A stretch of DNA of 63,604 bases, the filler included. It is 4 parts of 4 records of this genome, joined end to end, with 100 filler letters (N's around TTAATTAATTAA, not from the genome) between each part and the next. Parts side by side here need not be neighbours in the genome. Positions count along the whole stretch, not along the records: positions 48,809 to 57,568 come from SRR20825019_1387; positions 57,669 to 63,604 come from SRR20825019_1518; 2 more parts are not named here. The stretch is one strand, 5' to 3'. The first letter of the stretch is position 1, and each line of letters opens with the position of its first letter. This document shows, in pieces, positions 57,005-63,604 of this stretch. The position numbers and the translations under genes were made by a program. Below the pieces are notes generated by a model that was not told the DNA's origin, made no database searches, and worked only from the letters and a program-made list of their open reading frames with translations.

Positions 57005-57568
57005 ATGAAATTATTAGAAGGAAAAACAGCAATCATCACAGGCGGAAGCCGTGGAATTGGAAAAGGTATCGTTGAAATATTTGCGCAACATGGTGCTAAC
57101 GTAGCTTTTACATATAGCTCTTCAGCTGAAGCAGCAAATGCATTGGCAGATGAAGTTTCAAAAACTGGGGTAAAAGCAAAAGCATACAAAAGTGATGCTG
57201 CTTCCTATGAAGATTCACAAAAACTGGCTGAAGAAGTTGTAAAAGACTTTGGAAGCATTGATATTCTTATAAATAACGCAGGAATTACTAAAGACAACCT
57301 GTTAATGCGTATTTCAGAAGAAGACTTCGATAAGGTAATTGAAGTTAACCTAAAGTCTGTTTTTAATATGACGAAAGCTGTACAGCGTACTATGTTAAAG
57401 CAACGTAAAGGCTCTATAATTAATATGAGTTCTGTTGTTGGGGTTAAAGGAAATGCAGGGCAAACTAATTATGCAGCTTCAAAAGCCGGTATTATTGGGT
57501 TTACAAAATCTGTTGCGCTAGAACTTGGTTCACGCGACATTCGTTGCAACGCAATTGCTCCTGGATTT
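57005..57568 (+). CDS. fabG: 3-oxoacyl-ACP reductase (truncated by contig end)
   Basis: TGGSRGIG, NNAGITKD, YAASKAG. Confidence 0.93.
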
Positions 57569-57668
57569 NNNNNNNNNNNNNNNNNNNNNNNNNNNNNNNN
57601 NNNNNNNNNNNNTTAATTAATTAANNNNNNNNNNNNNNNNNNNNNNNNNNNNNNNNNNNNNNNNNNNN
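57569..57668. other. Artificial contig linker
   Basis: N-runs plus TTAATTAATTAA. Confidence 0.99.
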
Positions 57669-58419
57669 GGGGTGGGGGGGAGCTGGGAGGGAGGGGGCCG
57701 CGAGCCGCCACGGGCCGGCGCGTCACCTGCAGCCGCGCCGCCGGCCCTGATGGCGCGGGCCGTTTCATTTCCTGAGGACTGACGGAGGGCGGCTGGCTTT
57801 CGCATGGTTCCATTCAGCCCGTGCCGGCGATCCGGTGCTGCTGGGACAGGCGTCACCGTGCTGCCGGCGACCATGCCACGACGGTCCGGCGGCACGGAAG
57901 GCCAACGCGGCGGGGCGTCCCGGACAAACCGGTTCGACCCCAAACTGCTAGAGTGTGAGTTAGGGCTCAGGACAGTGACGCCAAATTCATACCGGTCGTT
58001 ACGTTTCAATGAGTGGGGGCCGGCGGCTCAGACGGAGGATCATCGGAGTGGCGCCTAGCTAGAGGACTATGTTAGTCACTCACCTCGAGCCGCCGCGGCC
58101 CGGCCCGGCGCCCGGGGGCCCGCCGGCGTCCCGCGGTCCGGACCCACCGGTCTGCCGCTTGGCCGGCACGCCCCGCGTCCCGGGCCCGCGAGCTGCGGCC
58201 GCCCCCCGGCGGGGGAGGCGAGGGGGGAAGCGAAGCGGCCGGCTCCTCAGCGGCAGCGGCTCCCGCCAAGAAGCCACTGAACAGGGTGCTGGCGCGTCCC
58301 GCAGATTCAATATAAAAATGTCTCGTGCCCAACGGTTCGCAGGTTGTCACAGCTCGCGCAGGCGGTGAGGTGGCATGTTGACGTCTCTCTCCAAGGACTT
58401 CATCGCATCAGCCCGCCCC

Positions 58420-60812
58420 ATGTCCGCCTTTCACGTGCTCTATGCGGCTCGCGACGGTGACCTCGACGCCGTCATCGCCCTGTCGAGCGGAGACAACTCA
58501 TCCTTCCTCGAAACGAAAGACTACAGCGGTGCCACGTGAGTATCATGTCGGACCCGGGGGAGCGGGTGGGTAGGAGGGGTGGTTGTTTGCTCACGTAATT
58601 CGCACTTAGACCCATGCACCTGGCGGCGGCGAATGGACACACGGAGGTCGTGAGGTACCTCATTCAGCAAGGCATCGACAGCACCTCTAGGGACAACAAG
58701 GGAAGGTGCCCACTCCATTATGCGACTGAGGAGGTATGGTACCGAACCAAGCTGAGATGGGTTGTTGGTGGTGTATGTTTAAAGTTCAAGCGAGAGATTT
58801 GAGCTTGGTGAGGTGATCTGGACATCAGAAAACTATTGTGCGGGGCAAGGCAGGCTCATGTTGAGCATGCAAGAGTTGACTTTCGACTACAGGGGCAGGG
58901 GGCCGTGGTTCAAATCCTCATCCTGAACGGTCCTGTGAATATCTACGACATCAACGGAACGTCCCCTCTTCACGACGCCGCCAGAAATGGTCGGGAGCAG
59001 GAAATCCGTCTGTTGGTGCAGCACGGGGCCAAGATCAACGCCACTGAGAACTCCTCTCTCACTCCGCTGCTGGTGGCTGTGACGTGCAACCATGAGGCTG
59101 CGGTAAGTTTTGATCTTAGTCAGTTGGGCAGTCGCGGCCTTGCGGTATTGACGGCGCCCTCAGGTTCGCGCACTGATTGAGCTCGGAGCCGATGTGGATG
59201 TCAAGGACAAGTCCATGAGGTAAGATGGTAGAGCTCTTCACTGTTCTGGCCCGACCATCTCACTCGGTGCAGGACGGCTATGCACCATGTGTGCATGGAG
59301 GACCGCGTCCGCCTCGCCAAGGTAGGTTCTGTGGCGCCGCCTCCCCTCTAGTGGCTGATGACCCCGCAGCTTCTCATCTCCTCCGGCGCCGGTGTCAATG
59401 CCGTGGACTCAAACTCACGCTCCCCGCTCATGGAGGCGGTCCGGGCAGGCCACAGCCGACCAGGTCAGTTGTGCTTTCACGGAGGTGGATGGTCGTATTG
59501 AATATAGTGGCACGGCAGATGTCCTCGTTTCGATCCTGATGCCAGCCGGGCCAGACGTCAATATGCAAGACTGTGATGGCAACACTGTGTTGCACTTCCT
59601 CACTCGTAATTGGAAGGGAGAAGTGGCATCGATGATCGTGCAGGCCGGTGCGAACCTCAACGCGCGTAACAATGCGGGCAACACCGCCCTACACCTGGCA
59701 AGCATCTTGTGCAACGACAACGCGGCCGAGTTTCTTGTGAAGATGGGGGCATCGCCCGGACTTCTGAATGACGAGGGAAGGTGCGCGGGGATGGGGCGAT
59801 GTTGCTGGTTTGGCGTGGGGCTGATGTCTGTTCCCAGGCTTCCTATTGACTTTGCTGCGCTGTACGGGCGTGAGAATCCCCTTCGGATCCTGCTTGACGG
59901 TGAGGCGGCGATGCGTGTGCCGCGTGTGTTGACCTCACACGATCCCGCAGCAACAATGGAAATTATTAAGAAGCGGAACAGACCGTGGAACCCCATGCAT
60001 ATTGCCGCCGCCGCGGGCCACGAAAGGATTATCAAACTTCTTCTTGTGGTGGGTGCGCGTACTGTTTGTGTTTTGTTCGAGAATTGGGGGTTGGCACGGT
60101 GCTGATGGGAGAGCAACTAGCGCGGAGTGGATATCAATATGAAGGACAGTCGAGGGTGGTCGCCGCTGGCCATTGCAATCTCGAGCGGGAATGAAGACAT
60201 CACCCGCGTTCTGATAAACAACCAGGCGGACCCCAGCATGTAAGTTGCATCACCATTCACGTCAGATTTGGGGAAAGCGGAGAGAGATGATGTCCCCGCT
60301 TCTCTATAGTCCTCACAACCCCTTGCCTCCTTGTATTTGTGACTGACCCGAGGTCTTTACAGAAAGGACAATGATGGGTGGACCCCGCTGATGGAGGCGG
60401 CCGCTGTGGGCTCTGCCGCCATTACTCGGGTGCTGCTTCAGAACGGTGCCACCATCAACACGCGCGACAACAAGGGATGGACCGCTCTCCATGTGGCTGG
60501 CCACTATGGGCATGTAGACGTTGTCAAGGCCCTAGTGTCGGAAGGAGCGTACCTCAACTCCCGTGATAGTGCCCTCAACACTGCCCTGCACGAGGCGTGT
60601 GCGATGCGGCAAACGGAGGCCGCCGTCTCTCTTCTCAAGGCGGGCGCCGACTACAACTTGTGGAACGCCGACGGTAAGTGCAGGAGCGCTGCGGACCACA
60701 CGAATCATCCGCTGACCATAGGCCATGCTCAGGCAAGACCCCCTTGTCACTCGCTCAGGACAATGACTTCCGGGGGGCGCTGACGGAGCTGATCCACGAG
60801 CCGCGCCAGTAG
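58420..60812 (+). CDS. Eukaryotic ankyrin-repeat protein, about 12 exons
   Basis: Repeated ankyrin motifs (TPMHLAAANGH, SPLHDAARNG, TALHLA, TPLMEAA) join in frame across 11 short GT..AG introns (e.g. 58536-58609); alternative ATG at 58375. Confidence 0.85.
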
Positions 60813-61061
60813 GGACTCTGAGCAGCCCCCACCGATGGACCCCCACACACCCACTCAGGTCGCGACTCCTTTGAGTGGGCTATTCTACTCATAAGCCTTG
60901 GCGTGCAGTCAATTTATTCTGTAACCGCCGGGCTGCTGCTTTGAGTGCCAGCTTTGGCACAAAATACTCTTCTCTTCCGTTAGTCAGTGTGCGCTATGCC
61001 TGAGACCTAACCCATCAGATTCCACCCCAACTGCGACGACGGATAAACTCACCTAGCTAGC

Positions 61062-61544
61062 CTACTGGGCAAAGTCAGGGAAACATTCGGCGAAGGTCTT
61101 CTTGGGGTGCTTGTTCTCGCTGTGCTGCTCAAGCTGCGCCTTGGACTGCGTCGACATAAACTGTTGCTGTTGTACGACCTGTCAGTTCCGAGCTCTCCAA
61201 CTGGTGATACTCCACAACCCAGACCCCACCAAACACACAACCACGCCCACACAACTTGCACGGCAGGGTGGGACCACCAATGCGCAAGATCACCGTGATC
61301 ATATCATAAAAATATATAGAAAACTGCAGGTGATCACCAGATCACAACAAAAAGACAATCATGATCGCTCGACACAGAAAACCTGATCACATGCGATCAC
61401 AAGTCTACCTACCATGCATACAGTGCACTTGATCGTCTTAGCAGCCTCGTTGGACTTCAGCTGGCTCCCTTTGCTAGACGACTGCATCTTCTCCATCTTA
61501 CGGGCCCGCGCCGTTGCTGACTTCTGTGCGTTTCCACCACCCAT
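61062..61544 (-). CDS. ZNF706/At2g23090-like small C2H2 zinc finger protein (2 exons: 61544-61413 and 61166-61062)
   Basis: MGGGNAQKS..ARAR..CTVCM|QQFM....LEQHSENKHPK..AECFP, with a GTAGGT..CAG intron. Confidence 0.88.
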
Positions 61545-62449
61545 TGTTCGCTTCTAACGTTGAAAAGAGTTAAGGCATGAGAATTTCCGAGTGATCTCAT
61601 ATATAGGTACGGGTTCGTGCATGGGCCGTCTATCGCAAAAGCTCCACTGCTGGCTGGGTTGGGTTGGGTGGGTTGGCGGAGGCTACTATGGCGACGGTTC
61701 ACAGTTGGCGGTTGTTGTGGGGGCAACCGGCCAGGCACAGTATCATCACCCAGCTGAGTTGCTTGGAGCGGCCATGCCGCCCCCCGGGCGTGCAATGACA
61801 GCCGCTGGCCGGCCCACCTTTAGATCGCGGTATAACAAGATTTATCGTAATATTGAAGCCACAATATCATATTTCTGGCATACGACATGTTGCCAAACTT
61901 AATGTTCTGTTGACATCGCAACTCGTCGCGCCGCGCCGTCCGCTCAAGGTATCAGTTGGCCAGGTGCTGGCCGCGGATGCACCACCACTAAACAACGTTC
62001 AAGTCCTGCGATGAAACAACACTAGGCCTGGCTCCACCTTCACGCCCCCCCCCGCTATTGTTCGTCGTAAACGAGGGGAACCGCCATTTTTGAATCTGCG
62101 TCGCGGCTGTCAGCTGCATAAGGGTATTGCGCGGAGCACTGAGGACGCTAAGACGGTCACTGCCGGGATAAGATGTCATCCGGTGGGCCAGGCTACGTGC
62201 ACTCCGCACCCGCGCGCTGTCTCGCACCCCCTCCCCAGTGATATGATGCCGTTGTAGCTGGTCTGTGATGCTCGCAAGATCCACATCCGTACGCAATTGG
62301 TAGTGCGCCGGCGATTCCCGTGGGGGTTTGTATTGCAGACTGTTCCAATAATTGAGAGTCCGCGTCGTTGCAGGAACGTAGACGACGGGGTGGAAGTTTG
62401 GATCCGACTTGTCACCCTACAGACAACACAATTGAGCCAGAGCGCAAGA

Positions 62450-63604
62450 CTACAAATCCACACTACTCACCGCCACCAGCAAAGCCCAAGTGCGCCGGTA
62501 TTGCTCTCTTATTTCCGCGTCACTCATTCCCACAAAATTCTCTCGCTCGAACAGAACCGGGTGGAGTCGGTTCATCAGGTATGGCAGCATCACTGCGCCC
62601 AGGCCGGCACATACGAGAATGAATAAGATCAACGAGGACGCCTCCCATTCCCTGAGTGACCCTGCGACATTAGTCTGTCCACCCACCATAAGGCAGCCGG
62701 TGATGCCGATGATGAATATAGTGAACTGAGCACAACGGCATTCAGGTCAGCACCCTGCGATTAGGACGCCATGGCCGCCTCACCAAGAGTGCTACTAGTC
62801 CCAGCATCAGTATGAAGGGCTTCCGCTGAGTCAGAGAAAACGGTGTGATATTCTCATCCTCCATCCGTCGGAGTCGATTGATCCGGCGGTCGATCCTGCG
62901 GACTTGCCTGCGCAGTTTCTTGTGGCGGTCTTGGAACACGGAGAGGGTTGGTAAGTCACACCAGCACACTCGGAAGCCCGGGCATACCTGACGGAATTAT
63001 ATCCAGGCGAGCGAGCAGTTCCCCCCTCTGCTCCTTCAGTAGCTCCTGCCGCTCCTTGTACGTGCGCAACATCACTCTTGTGTGAGATATTTCGGATTCC
63101 TGGTTCCCCGTCAGTTTTCAATCTGACCATACCAGCCCTGTGTAGGCGCTCATCCTCACCTTGGCAGGCTGCTCATAGGATCCAAAGGCTTTTTTAACCA
63201 CCTCCGGTGTGACATTCACATCAGGAAGCTCAACCGTGTCCTTCAGTGCACCATAACCCAGGGTAAACCCAAAGCAGTTGAAGTAAACCCACGCCCCCGC
63301 TCCTGCCACGCACGCCAGGACCCAAGCGCCGACCCAAAGCCCGAGCGCCTGAAACAGCGCTGGTCGGTACCAGTGAATTGCTCGGCAACGTCAATAAACT
63401 CACCAGGGTGTACTGCAGGTGGATATCACGGAGGTAGAGAATCACGATACACCCTGTGAAGGGGATGAACCAACCGCAAATCGCCGCGAAAGGGGCCGAG
63501 AACACCTTCTTGTTCAGAAGGATGTTTTCGGTGATGATGTATATGTCCTCGGTCGTCACTCGCCCTGTAACCACAATGTCAGCACCACGCCAGCCCCCCG
63601 CACC
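62450..63604 (-). CDS. Intron-containing multi-pass membrane protein, 5' truncated, function unknown
   Basis: Hydrophobic ORF pieces bounded by GTGAG..CAG introns (e.g. LQYTL|ALGLWVG); exon structure only partly resolved. Confidence 0.55.

Noticed and set aside
57669-58368. ORFs in the extremely GC-rich start of contig 4
   Set aside because: Low-complexity Pro/Arg/Gly/Ala translations are expected from GC content alone; likely promoter or intergenic DNA.

Overview
The window is not one locus. It is four contigs joined by 100-bp N/TTAATTAATTAA linkers (28662-28761, 48709-48808, 57569-57668). Contigs 1 and 2 (1-48708) look like one marine methylotroph-like gammaproteobacterium (Methylophaga-like, by inference). 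They carry a partial pqqA, cysK, the Na+-NQR operon, aroC, mgtE, an rpoN-hpf-ptsN-hprK-EIIA-HPr-EI cluster, tupBC, an SAH-riboswitch-led metK-ahcY-metF operon, dusA, mutH, a REC-REC-GGDEF protein, a Lap/Agg-type type I secretion cluster whose ATPase has an in-frame amber codon, fabAB, purU, decayed tRNAs with att-like repeats and dapC-dapD-arsC-dapE. The dap genes are followed by a RAPP-motif uORF, a structured leader and a His-rich TonB-dependent receptor. Contig 3 (48809-57568) is an AT-rich Flavobacteriaceae housekeeping block (porX, lpxD, lpxC-fabZ, lpxA, efp, sucD, fabG). Contig 4 (57669-63604) is a GC-rich, intron-containing eukaryote (ankyrin protein, ZNF706-like zinc finger, membrane protein). 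The best candidate for an undescribed system is the His-rich RAPP arrest-peptide uORF plus structured RNA upstream of a ZnuD-like receptor, attached to the operon of the zinc enzyme DapE. All calls come from reading motifs by eye; no searches were run.
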